Assembly: GCA_048937405.1 (NCBI GenBank)
Contig: JBHLNF010000011.1
Span: 1-64,000, forward strand
Direction of reading: 5' to 3'
DNA length: 64,000 nt
DNA from: Promethearchaeota archaeon
GTDB lineage: Archaea; Asgardarchaeota; Lokiarchaeia; Sigyniarchaeales; SOKP01
The notes under the pieces were generated by a model. It was not told the origin of the DNA. It saw nothing but the letters and a program-made list of their open reading frames with translations, and made no database searches. Of this stretch, positions 10,955 to 20,577 are shown piece after piece. Made by a program: the position numbers and the translations under genes. How positions within the stretch are numbered: position 1 is the stretch's first letter; each line of letters begins with the position of its first letter.

Positions 10955-11449
10955 ATGAAAACTCTTGTAACCTATATGTCACAAACAGGCAATACTAAAA
11001 AGATTGCTGAAGCTATATATGAAACAATTTCAGGAGACAAAGAAATTAAACCTTTAAATGAAGTTGAAAGTTTGGAGAATTATGGATTTACGTTTATAGG
11101 TTTTCCCATTCATCAAATGGGACCACCACAAATAGCGTCAAAGTTCATTGAAACGAAAGCAAAAAATCGAAAAATAGCGCTTTTTGTCACTCACGCTTCT
11201 CCTCTAGGAACCCCATTCATTGAACCCTTATTAGGTAAATGCAAAGAATGTGCCGATGATTCGGATATGGTCGGCATTTATAATTGTCAAGGAGTACTTG
11301 CCCAACAAGTAGCAGATATGCTCTTAAAAGTAGATAATCCTAGACTTCAACAGTTTGGAAAAATGCGAGATGCAACAGTTGGACATCCGAATGAACAAGA
11401 AGTAGAAAACGCTCGCAATTTTGCAAAAGAAATAATGGGAAATCTTTAA
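10955..11449 (+). CDS. Flavodoxin family protein
   Basis: YMSQTGNTKKIAEAI FMN-binding loop; GHP...E..NARNFA. ATG 10955 preferred to TTG 10946. Confidence 0.9.
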   Translation: MKTLVTYMSQTGNTKKIAEAIYETISGDKEIKPLNEVESLENYGFTFIGFPIHQMGPPQIASKFIETKAKNRKIALFVTHASPLGTPFIEPLLGKCKECADDSDMVGIYNCQGVLAQQVADMLLKVDNPRLQQFGKMRDATVGHPNEQEVENARNFAKEIMGNL

Positions 11450-12480
11450 TTATTTTTTTTTAATTTTTTACCTAAAATGATTGTAATAACAATAACCCCA
11501 TTAATTATTAAAAAAGGATAATATCCTAGAATCGATTCATTGTCACAATTGTTATTTTCAATAATATTTCCTATACTATTTTCTTCTATGATACACTCAT
11601 CATTTCCAAATAATTTATTCCTTGAAATAATATTATTATTACAATTATAAGATAACCAAATTCCCCTTCTATTATTATTAATAGTGTTTTTAGTTATTAC
11701 GTTATCATTACTAAACGATAAAATTATACCTGCATCATAATTGTTGTTTACAATATTTTCCGAAATGAAATTAGAACTACTATTCATTAAATCGATTCCT
11801 ATTCCTGAAAGATTACTACCGTCTATTGTGATGCTATCAACGAAAAACTTAAAGTTTTGTGAAATATTATTCTTTAAAATATTATTTTTATAACAATTAG
11901 TAAAGAACAGCCCTATAAAATTATTATAGATATTATTTTCTGAAAAGGTATTATTATAACAATAGTATACAATTAGTCCCCTATCATCGTTATTAAAAAT
12001 ATTGTTATGTGAAAAATTATTATTATAACAAGCAAATAAGGCAACTCCCCATATATTATCGTATAATTTGTTATATATTAATTGGGAATTATTAACATTC
12101 TCTAAAACGATCCCCCCTAGACAATTGAAGATTGTACAATTATTAATCTTAAAATAATTACTAGAATTTGTGATATATATACCTCTGTCCGTTTCTCCTC
12201 CATTAATCACTAAATCTTCAATAACATATGGATTGGAATAAGTACCTTCACCTGAACAAATTCCAGCATCTTTAGCCTCAGACCAATTATTATTGATATA
12301 AATTCTTCCTAAGCTATCAGAAAGTTTTATATTTCTTTTTTCTAAAAAAGAATTTTTGTTATCATCTTCAAAATTTTTAGTGGTTTTAATAGAATAAATA
12401 GAGTTGTTTATTGATAAGATTAAGAATAAAGTAAGTAATATTAATAATAGTATGGTATTTGCTTTTGGAATTGATTTCAT
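11446..12480 (-). CDS. Secreted parallel beta-helix (NosD/CASH-like) protein with C-terminal membrane anchor
   Basis: Signal-like N-terminus, GTYSNPYVIE, Asn-rich NNxIxNNxxGI repeats, ILGYYP-hydrophobic-KKLKK tail. Confidence 0.85.
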   Translation of the reverse strand: MKSIPKANTILLLILLTLFLILSINNSIYSIKTTKNFEDDNKNSFLEKRNIKLSDSLGRIYINNNWSEAKDAGICSGEGTYSNPYVIEDLVINGGETDRGIYITNSSNYFKINNCTIFNCLGGIVLENVNNSQLIYNKLYDNIWGVALFACYNNNFSHNNIFNNDDRGLIVYYCYNNTFSENNIYNNFIGLFFTNCYKNNILKNNISQNFKFFVDSITIDGSNLSGIGIDLMNSSSNFISENIVNNNYDAGIILSFSNDNVITKNTINNNRRGIWLSYNCNNNIISRNKLFGNDECIIEENSIGNIIENNNCDNESILGYYPFLIINGVIVITIILGKKLKKNN

Positions 12481-12715
12481 CTTTTAACTAAATAATTTTA
12501 TGGATTTTAATATTATAACTTAAGAAGAAACTCAATTTATAGTTATACCTTCTCAAACCTATTTTAATTTACTTTTAAGATATTGAAAAAATTAGATTTT
12601 TGAGATGATCTTCGTGAAATCATCGTTTCACGAACTTTTGTAAGTAATAAACAAGTCTCTTTACTAGTTTAACTCAGAAGTGAGAGGATAATATTCTGTA
12701 AAATTTGATTAGAAC

Positions 12716-13243
12716 CTAAAATACCATTTTTTGCTTAATTTCCTGAACCATCTTAGTTCCTTCTTCATTTATTTCTGTTAAGATATCTCTTAAGATTTCA
12801 TTAATTGCAATTCCACGTAATTCGCATGAGATATATAATAGTGAGAGTATTTGTTTAGACAAGACACGAATATTCTTAATATCACTTATTGGAATTCTAA
12901 TCCCAAGAGCTTTTAAATCCATATGAGTTTCTTTCTCTTGCTGTCTAATTGTAATAAGAATATCATTCTTTCTTCCTTTCCATTCTTCAGTTACTGCTCT
13001 TAATGACATAAGATATCTTTTAGTGGGACTTCCAATTCCCATGACATCTCTGGCAAAGTCTAAGGGTTCAGAATTTCTGACAGTTTTTAAACCGAAAGTT
13101 CTATTAATTTTATAGTTCTTATCTAATTTTGATTTCATTTTCGAAATTTCATCTGTCAATTTTTCAATATTTAAAGCTAACTTTTCAAATTTCTTAAGAA
13201 AGATTTCCTCAGAATTAATTTCAAAATTACTCATATCAAACAC
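12716..13243 (-). CDS. Hypothetical protein with N-terminal coiled coil
   Basis: 175-aa ORF; no recognised motif. Confidence 0.7.
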   Translation of the reverse strand: MFDMSNFEINSEEIFLKKFEKLALNIEKLTDEISKMKSKLDKNYKINRTFGLKTVRNSEPLDFARDVMGIGSPTKRYLMSLRAVTEEWKGRKNDILITIRQQEKETHMDLKALGIRIPISDIKNIRVLSKQILSLLYISCELRGIAINEILRDILTEINEEGTKMVQEIKQKMVF

Positions 13244-13427
13244 GGATTATAGATTAAGTATGATATTTTTTGAATTAGTCTTTAATAAAACTAATTATTA
13301 AACTATTAATCTATGAGAGTTTTTTGATTTATTCATAATCAATTGCCTAGAACATAAGAGAAAATATATTAAAAAAAATCAATAAAATATATGTAAGGGT
13401 TCTAATTTAAATGGTTTTGTTATTACT

Positions 13428-14663
13428 CTAATTGTCAGATTCTTCTTTTCTATAAAATTCAGTATTATTTATTTCAATAATATCTGTTTCTTGTTTATTT
13501 ACCTCAGACTCTTTATTATCAGACTCAATTTCTTTGAGAATAGTCTCAGAATGTGCTATTTCCTGCATCTCATCTTTAATACCTTCTTCTAGTTTTGATT
13601 TATCTTTAGAATATTTCCTTATTTCATATATTCCAATAATAAGTAGAAGCAGAATAAAAAAGCCTAATACAGCAATATCCTTTATTAGGTTTACCATATC
13701 GTTATCTATTCTTGCAAACCATTGAATCCAAGGTATTGGAACCTCATTTAAAAGATCATATGGAAAATAATGTATGAATTCATAAGCTACTTTAGATAAG
13801 ATTAACCAAACTATTATAGTGTCAAGTCCAAATCTCTTTACTCTCTTACTCAGCATTTCTGCTTGAGAACCCATAAGAGTACTTAGAGAGTAAAAGATAA
13901 TAAACATATCAGGAACAATTACTGCAATATAAGCCCAAATAGACCCAATTGCTCGAGGTTCTGTATCTACAATTCCTAAATAAATCTTAAGTGCTAAAAA
14001 AAGTGTATAGAAAGTAACTAGTAATGCAAAAATTCCAAACCATCCATTGAAAATCTTTTTAAAGTTATATACAATGACAATAATCGCTAAGCCAATAAGA
14101 ATTCCACCAACTATTATATAAACTAGATTTAAATACCAAGGAAACACTATTGGAGTTTCTGTTATAACGGATAAATCTACTAATCTAGGGGTTATTATAA
14201 ACAAGAATAATAAAGCTAAAGACCCTGCTAATCCACCTATAAAAATGATGGTTCTTAGGAATGGTTTTGCTCTAGACGCTTTAGAGACTTGATTATCAAC
14301 TTGTCTTCCCATTAAAAAGCAACCATACAAGATAAACCAAGATGTAAATATGAAATAACTAATGACTGAAATTAAGAATAAAACTATTAGAATTATTGAG
14401 ATTAACAACATAATAGGTAGTGATATTAATAGAAATAACATTACTTTCCAGGGTGGAAATTCAAAGATGTTTTTTTTAGAAACCAGAGAAAGTAAAAATA
14501 AGAACATTAAAAAAACTAAAAATGGGAAAAATATAATAATACCAATCAAAGAAACAATAGGATCGGGGTAAGGTATAATAGCTACTCCGACTAATAGCCA
14601 AATTACAACAACTAATAATCTCCAATTTTTACTTAACTTCTTTAAATTATCAATAAAATCCAT
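13428..14663 (-). CDS. Multi-pass membrane protein of unknown function
   Basis: About 9-10 hydrophobic segments, acidic C-tail. Confidence 0.8.
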   Translation of the reverse strand: MDFIDNLKKLSKNWRLLVVVIWLLVGVAIIPYPDPIVSLIGIIIFFPFLVFLMFLFLLSLVSKKNIFEFPPWKVMLFLLISLPIMLLISIILIVLFLISVISYFIFTSWFILYGCFLMGRQVDNQVSKASRAKPFLRTIIFIGGLAGSLALLFLFIITPRLVDLSVITETPIVFPWYLNLVYIIVGGILIGLAIIVIVYNFKKIFNGWFGIFALLVTFYTLFLALKIYLGIVDTEPRAIGSIWAYIAVIVPDMFIIFYSLSTLMGSQAEMLSKRVKRFGLDTIIVWLILSKVAYEFIHYFPYDLLNEVPIPWIQWFARIDNDMVNLIKDIAVLGFFILLLLIIGIYEIRKYSKDKSKLEEGIKDEMQEIAHSETILKEIESDNKESEVNKQETDIIEINNTEFYRKEESDN

Positions 14664-14727
14664 AAAAAAATAGTTAAATCAAATCTATTTAAAATTTTCT
14701 TATTCTTCGATAATAAATGATGGTTAA

Positions 14728-15531
14728 TTATTTGATAAAATCAATTATACTTTTTTGATCATTAAAACCGTGATATGATAATCCTAGCTTCTGTTTAATT
14801 ATATTGATTGACTCAGGAGCATGACCTTGGAAATGGTTATTAACAATAATAAATATTTCATAGATCCTTGGATTTTGTTTCAATATTTGAATTCTTTTTA
14901 TGAAATTATCAATTAGATCTTTTTGGTTTCTTTGAATTCGATTAAATTCTGTAAGTATTCTATCTCCTATCAGCCGAATGTAATAAAAATTTTGATTTTG
15001 CAAATAATATGGCTTAATGTTTGGCATATAAGTAGTTCCAAGTATTAAATTTTGTCCATCAATCACATTTAGAAACGCATTAGTATTAAACCAAGAATTA
15101 TCTCGTAATTCAATTATGTATTTATATTGGGATGGAAGAATTTTGATTAAAAAAATTAATTGATCAAAATGTTTTTCTGTGAATTTAAACCATGGTGGAA
15201 ATTGAAGAAGGATTCCAAATATTTTTTCTTTTAAAGGAATTAGTCGACTAAAAAATTCTTGTATTCTATTGTCAAGTTCAGGTTCATTAAGTTCATGAGT
15301 TATTTTTTGCCATATTTTAATTACAAACCGAAATTTATCTGGTACACGATTGTACCAGTTTATCACCATTTCTAGAGATGGTAAATTGTAAAATGTTGAA
15401 TTAATTTCGACAATATTGAAAGATTCAGAAAAATATCTTAAAAGTTGGGATTTTTCTAGCTGTTTCGGATAAAATGAACCGAACCAATCCTTATAAAAGA
15501 ATCCTGCTGTCCCGAAGGTAATTTTAGCCAT
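14728..15531 (-). CDS. DUF72 family protein
   Basis: GTAGFFYKDWFGSFYP, VEINSTFY..P, LLQFPP, YIRLIG, VNNHFQGHAP. Confidence 0.95.
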   Translation of the reverse strand: MAKITFGTAGFFYKDWFGSFYPKQLEKSQLLRYFSESFNIVEINSTFYNLPSLEMVINWYNRVPDKFRFVIKIWQKITHELNEPELDNRIQEFFSRLIPLKEKIFGILLQFPPWFKFTEKHFDQLIFLIKILPSQYKYIIELRDNSWFNTNAFLNVIDGQNLILGTTYMPNIKPYYLQNQNFYYIRLIGDRILTEFNRIQRNQKDLIDNFIKRIQILKQNPRIYEIFIIVNNHFQGHAPESINIIKQKLGLSYHGFNDQKSIIDFIK

Positions 15532-15657
15532 TAATTCTAAGATAAAACTATATGCTTTTAATCAATCAATTTTTTGTTATTAAAAAAAATTTTTTTTATG
15601 AAATATTATAAATAGTTTAAATATTCTCAAGAATTACGATTAAAAGGTGATTGAAAA

Positions 15658-16386
15658 ATTTCAATTGACTGGGTTAAAGTTGAGGAGAAGCCTGAAAAGA
15701 AGTTCTCTACAGAAGGAAAAATTCTTCTAGAACTAAGAGCTAAAATAGAGGATTTAGAATCCGAATTAAAAAAGAACAAAAGATTATTGGAAAAAACACA
15801 AAATGAGTTAAATATAACAAAGGAAAAATTGAGTGGTCGAGAAATCAGTTTAACAGAACTAACAGAAAGAAGATCTTCTGCTAGAAAATCTTTGGATGAA
15901 ATTAAGGAGGAAAAGCTACTCTTAGATATTGAATTTACAAAGGTGAAAAAGGAAAACTCAAACTTGAGTGATAAACTCACTGATGCATTGACTAAAGTTT
16001 CAGATCTTGAAAAGCAATTAAATTATATGGTTGAGAATTCAAAAAATATAGATCAAAAAATCCTTGAGAAAAATAAAGAAATTCAGATTAAGGAAGAAGA
16101 TATTCTAAATAAAGCTAAAGAGCTTTTAAATAAGGATGAAGAAATTCAAGAATACAAGAATAAAATAAATCAAAAACTTGAAATTATTGAAGATCTTAAA
16201 AACGAAATAAATATGGAGAAAAAGAATACTGAAGAACAGATTAATAAATTACATGATTTTGAATTGAAAGTATCAAAAATTATTAATGCATCTAAAATCA
16301 TAGATAGAATAAAGAATCTGTTAGAAATAAAAGGATTTTTATCAGATAAGGAGCTTGAACCATTATTAAAAGAAATAGAAGATTAA
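15658..16386 (+). CDS. Coiled-coil protein, paralog 1 (probable ATT start)
   Basis: Similarity to the next gene extends 43 codons upstream of the track's TTG 15787, to ATT TCA ATT GAC TGG; in-frame TGA at 15652; C-terminal KGFLSDKE motif. Confidence 0.8.
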   Translation: MSIDWVKVEEKPEKKFSTEGKILLELRAKIEDLESELKKNKRLLEKTQNELNITKEKLSGREISLTELTERRSSARKSLDEIKEEKLLLDIEFTKVKKENSNLSDKLTDALTKVSDLEKQLNYMVENSKNIDQKILEKNKEIQIKEEDILNKAKELLNKDEEIQEYKNKINQKLEIIEDLKNEINMEKKNTEEQINKLHDFELKVSKIINASKIIDRIKNLLEIKGFLSDKELEPLLKEIED

Positions 16387-16540
16387 AAAATTATTTATAC
16401 TTCATTTTCTCTAATTTATATTAAATATTGTGATGTAAATCTTATATAAAATCAATTTTAAGTAAACAAATATATAATGATACAAAATTACAATTATCAA
16501 AAAAATAAAAATTACCAAAAATTGTAAAGGTGAAAGAGAA

Positions 16541-17272
16541 ATTTCAATTGATTGGGCAAAAGCAGAAGAAAAACCAGAAAAGAAGCTAGCTGTAGAAGGG
16601 AGATTTTTGCTGGATCTTAGATCAAAAGTCAATAGTATTGAAAAGCAATTAGCTCAAAAAAAGAAAGATTTAGAAAATACTTCAAATGAATTAAAGACAA
16701 CAAAAGAAGAATTAACGAAGGTTAATAATAAATTAGAAGAAATAAATAGTAAGTTTATGGAAAGTAATAAAAACTATGAAAGGGTAAAAGATGAGAAGCT
16801 TTATGGGGATGCTGAAATTAATAAGTTAAAAACCGCAAAATCGGATTTAGAAAACAAAATAACCGAATCTACTTCAAAGGTAGAGGATTTGGATAATAAG
16901 TTGAAAGAAGCTACTATTAAGATTGAAATACTAGAAAAGGGGGAAAGTGAACTTAAAACTAAGTTTGAAAAAGAAATAGAAGAAATTAAAGCAAATTTAC
17001 AACAACGAGAAAATGAACTTGAGAGCGTAAAAAAGGAATTACAGACATCAGTTTCAGATAAATATGTAGAAACAGAAAGTTTTAAAGAAGAAATAGACGC
17101 GAAGGAAAAAGAACTTATAGAATTAAAGCAAAAAGTGTCCACTCTTGAAGAAAAGATTGCAGAAGCTAAAGGAGCACCCCAACTTATTGAAAAAATTAAA
17201 GATATTATGATTCACAAAGGTTTCTTAAGCGATAGAGAATTTGATGAACTTTTACTTCAACCAGGCGATTAA
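16541..17272 (+). CDS. Coiled-coil protein, paralog 2 (probable ATT start)
   Basis: ISIDWAKAEEKPEKK N-terminus, 22 codons upstream of TTG 16607; C-terminal KGFLSDRE motif. Confidence 0.8.
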   Translation: MSIDWAKAEEKPEKKLAVEGRFLLDLRSKVNSIEKQLAQKKKDLENTSNELKTTKEELTKVNNKLEEINSKFMESNKNYERVKDEKLYGDAEINKLKTAKSDLENKITESTSKVEDLDNKLKEATIKIEILEKGESELKTKFEKEIEEIKANLQQRENELESVKKELQTSVSDKYVETESFKEEIDAKEKELIELKQKVSTLEEKIAEAKGAPQLIEKIKDIMIHKGFLSDREFDELLLQPGD

Positions 17273-17298
17273 CTACATAATTTTTTTTTATTATTAGA

Positions 17299-18393
17299 AT
17301 GGTAAAATTAATCTGGAAAAATAAAAGAGATACAACTTTTAAATTAGAGGATCTAAAAGAATTTTCTCCAGATTACTTTAAAACTTTTGAATATCATGGA
17401 ATTAATTTCGATGAAAAAAGTGAAAATGTAAAAAATTTAAATTTTTGGAGAAATAAAATTTTTTGGGGAGATAATGTAAAAGTTTTAAGCTTTTTGTTAA
17501 AAAATTATAGCGAAAAAATCGATTTAATTTATATAGATCCCCCTTTCTTCTCAGGAACTAATTATCACATACAAATAAAAGAACAAGATAATTTTTATGA
17601 TTCTATGGCATATTATGACCATTGGGACAGAGATTTAGACTCCTACTTACATATGTTATATGAAAGAATAATTTTATTCAAAGAATTGCTATCAAAAAAA
17701 GGATTAATATTTATTCATTCAGACTGGCATGCAAATCATTATATTAGATTAATTCTTGATGAAATTTTTGGAGAGAGAAGATTTGTAAATACTATTATCT
17801 GGTATTATTATAACAAATATTCAGCAGGAAAGAAAAATCTACCAAGAGCCTATGATACAATTTTAGTATATTCAAAATCTAATAATTATACTTTCAATCA
17901 AATTAGGATACCTCGAAAAGAGCCTCGAAAACAATTAAAAAGAGAGATGGTAAATGGAGTCTTAAAAAATGCTAAAGATAAGAATGGACATGTTATATAT
18001 AGAATTGTTACAGACAAAAAAATGGATGATGTTTGGAAAATACCTTGTTTACAACCCGCTTCAAAAGAATATACAGGTTTTCCTACTCAAAAGCACCATA
18101 AGTTACTTGAAAGAATTATTAAAATAGGATCTAATGAAGGAGATCTAGTTGCTGACTTTTTTTGCGGTTCTGGTACAACTTTATTAATGGCTGAAAAATT
18201 AAAGAGGAGATGGATAGGGTGTGATATTTCAGAATATTCGATATATTTAACTAGAAAAAGAGTATTAAATTATCAAAAAGACACAAAAATTTATTATCCA
18301 TTTGAAATTCTCTCAGACTTTAGTGAAAGGAAGAATGAAATTCTTAAATCAGGTTTTTTTCAGAAAGATTTTTCAATAAATAGAAAGAAATAG
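17299..18393 (+). CDS. Orphan beta-class amino (probably N6-adenine) DNA methyltransferase, Mod-like
   Basis: IDLIYIDPPF (motif IV) precedes FPTQK and VADFFCGSGTT (motif I). Confidence 0.9.
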   Translation: MVKLIWKNKRDTTFKLEDLKEFSPDYFKTFEYHGINFDEKSENVKNLNFWRNKIFWGDNVKVLSFLLKNYSEKIDLIYIDPPFFSGTNYHIQIKEQDNFYDSMAYYDHWDRDLDSYLHMLYERIILFKELLSKKGLIFIHSDWHANHYIRLILDEIFGERRFVNTIIWYYYNKYSAGKKNLPRAYDTILVYSKSNNYTFNQIRIPRKEPRKQLKREMVNGVLKNAKDKNGHVIYRIVTDKKMDDVWKIPCLQPASKEYTGFPTQKHHKLLERIIKIGSNEGDLVADFFCGSGTTLLMAEKLKRRWIGCDISEYSIYLTRKRVLNYQKDTKIYYPFEILSDFSERKNEILKSGFFQKDFSINRKK

Positions 18394-18535
18394 TGAGAAT
18401 TTCCTTAATTGTTAAATTCGATTTTATAATTAGAATATTTTAGAAGAGCTTTTTAATATAGGATATTACATAATTTAATTTATATTAAAAGTAATTTAAT
18501 TTAACAACCTAAAATTAAAATTTTATATTGGTTAA

Positions 18536-19810
18536 ATGAATTTAAAGTTCAATATCATTCATAAAATCAAGGATCTATGGGAACAAAAAATATTTAGGTA
18601 TGCTCTAATCCTTCATAGTTTTTATTTTATTCTTTCAATAATTCTTTTTTTTGCTTTTTTTCAAGAAAAAAATGATTTTATAATTTTTTATAATGCAGGA
18701 AATATCTTTATCAATGATATTGAGAATCTGTACAATCAAAATTATTATTTATGGGATTTTAGATATTTACCATTTTCAGCATTATTTTTTATCCCATTTT
18801 CCTTTTTGAATTTTCAAGTGGCATTTATAATCTTTAATATTTGTAATTTAATCCTCAACTTTCTGATTTGTGTTATCCTTTTCAAGATAATATTATTAAT
18901 AAGAAATGAAGATCATGAAAAAGATGATAAAAGAGTTATTTTATATATATCTATTTACTTAATGGGGCTACCACATATACTAAATTATATATATGGTCAA
19001 ATAAATCTTTATATCACTTTTTTTATTTTAATTTCTCTCTATATTTTTCTTAAATATACAGAATTAAAATGGCAATTATTTGGAAGTATTATTCTAGGAA
19101 TAAGTATTATTATAAAACCTACAGCTTTTTTCTTGATACCATTTTTGATAATTCTTAATATTGATTTGGAGAATAAAAGAATAAGATTTGATTTTTTTAA
19201 AACTACAATTCGATTAATAGGAGTTATTATACCAATATTTTTTAATTTCATTCTATTTTTACTAATCCCTAGTATATGGAAAGGTTTTCTTGATACGAAT
19301 TTTACAGGTAATAATCCAATTGCTCTAAATTTTTCATTTAGTATAACTAAAATAATCACCAACTTTTGTTATTTTTACAATATTCCTTTTAATCAAATGT
19401 TTGTGTTATTAGGAGTAATTGGAATAGTTGGAGGTTTAGGATTCTTCATTTTTATTATAAATCGATTAGAAAAGGATTCTATTATATATGGTTATGCTTT
19501 TGGAATATTAATTATGTTATTAGCTTATTTTGATTCATGGGATCATCATTTGCTTAATTTAACACCCATTTTAATTATAATAATTTTTAACTTACCACGT
19601 AACTCTGAAATAACTAGTTCAATAAAATTAAATTTATTTTTCTTTAATTTTTTTGATCTTGCATTTGTAGGTATTTGGTACCTTATATATCCCTTATTTC
19701 CATATAATCTTATACCTACTTTTTTCTTGATTCTATCTTTCTATGGAATAAGTAAATATAGTCTATTAAAGCAGGAAGAGAGAAAAAAAAAAGGAGATGA
19801 GATCTTTTGA
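18536..19810 (+). CDS. GT87/DUF2029-like GT-C membrane glycosyltransferase
   Basis: NDF.IFY.AG, FRYLP, GQIN, IKP, SWDHH, multiple TMs. Confidence 0.85.
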   Translation: MNLKFNIIHKIKDLWEQKIFRYALILHSFYFILSIILFFAFFQEKNDFIIFYNAGNIFINDIENLYNQNYYLWDFRYLPFSALFFIPFSFLNFQVAFIIFNICNLILNFLICVILFKIILLIRNEDHEKDDKRVILYISIYLMGLPHILNYIYGQINLYITFFILISLYIFLKYTELKWQLFGSIILGISIIIKPTAFFLIPFLIILNIDLENKRIRFDFFKTTIRLIGVIIPIFFNFILFLLIPSIWKGFLDTNFTGNNPIALNFSFSITKIITNFCYFYNIPFNQMFVLLGVIGIVGGLGFFIFIINRLEKDSIIYGYAFGILIMLLAYFDSWDHHLLNLTPILIIIIFNLPRNSEITSSIKLNLFFFNFFDLAFVGIWYLIYPLFPYNLIPTFFLILSFYGISKYSLLKQEERKKKGDEIF

Positions 19811-20577
19811 AGAGGAAGGTTATTTTATTGAATTTTATATTTGTTTTGTTATCATTATATTACGGGATTTTATATGTAAACGCTAGTACCTATAGTATGG
19901 GCGTACAAAATGGTCAAGAATTGACATGGAAATGCAATGTGTGTAATGAAATGGAAATGACTAGTATTTTTGGTGAAGAATGGGATGATATAGGTTTTTT
20001 CAAAAATTTAAGTAAAGGTAAAAGTATGAAATGGCGAATCAATAACATAGAAATTTATGAATCTGTTATAAATCTTAATTTTAGCATATGGGTGTGGAAT
20101 AATAGAAAAGATTGGGGTGTTAAAGACAGTGATTCCCAAATTACATTTTTTTCCAATCCAAATGATTACTCTGAAATGATAAATTTTTCTGAATATTCAT
20201 CTCTAGTACCATTTTGGTTTCCTATTCCTGTAGGTGAATATATTGGTAGATTAAATCTTACTGATTGGTATGAGGTAGACAATAGAGTGTTGCCTACTAT
20301 AAATGTTAATATTGTAGAAAATGCAATTTCTCCTGAAGTTCCCTCAAAAGATATTAAAATTATCGCAATCTATAATGATCAAGGAGTACTAAATTCATAT
20401 AAACTCTATATAGGGCATTTTTATGTAATTCTAGATTTTAATTTAGATTCTTTACCTGTTTATGTTATACCTACATTAATTGGATTGGTATCGGTATTTC
20501 TTTTAGGATTAACAATATTTATAATAATGAAAAAAAAGAGAAATCTCTCAGAAGTAAAAAAGTTAGATAAAGATTGA
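19807..20577 (+). CDS. Secreted protein with C-terminal TM anchor
   Basis: Signal peptide (..YVNA), C-terminal hydrophobic helix followed by KKKR; overlaps both neighbours by TTGA. Confidence 0.8.
   Translation: MKRKVILLNFIFVLLSLYYGILYVNASTYSMGVQNGQELTWKCNVCNEMEMTSIFGEEWDDIGFFKNLSKGKSMKWRINNIEIYESVINLNFSIWVWNNRKDWGVKDSDSQITFFSNPNDYSEMINFSEYSSLVPFWFPIPVGEYIGRLNLTDWYEVDNRVLPTINVNIVENAISPEVPSKDIKIIAIYNDQGVLNSYKLYIGHFYVILDFNLDSLPVYVIPTLIGLVSVFLLGLTIFIIMKKKRNLSEVKKLDKD

Noticed and set aside
12604-12634. Hairpin TTCGTGAAA/TTTCACGAA with alternative GATGAT/ATCATC pairing
   Set aside because: Single short hairpin with no second copy or recognisable motif; could be a terminator or operator but cannot be supported.
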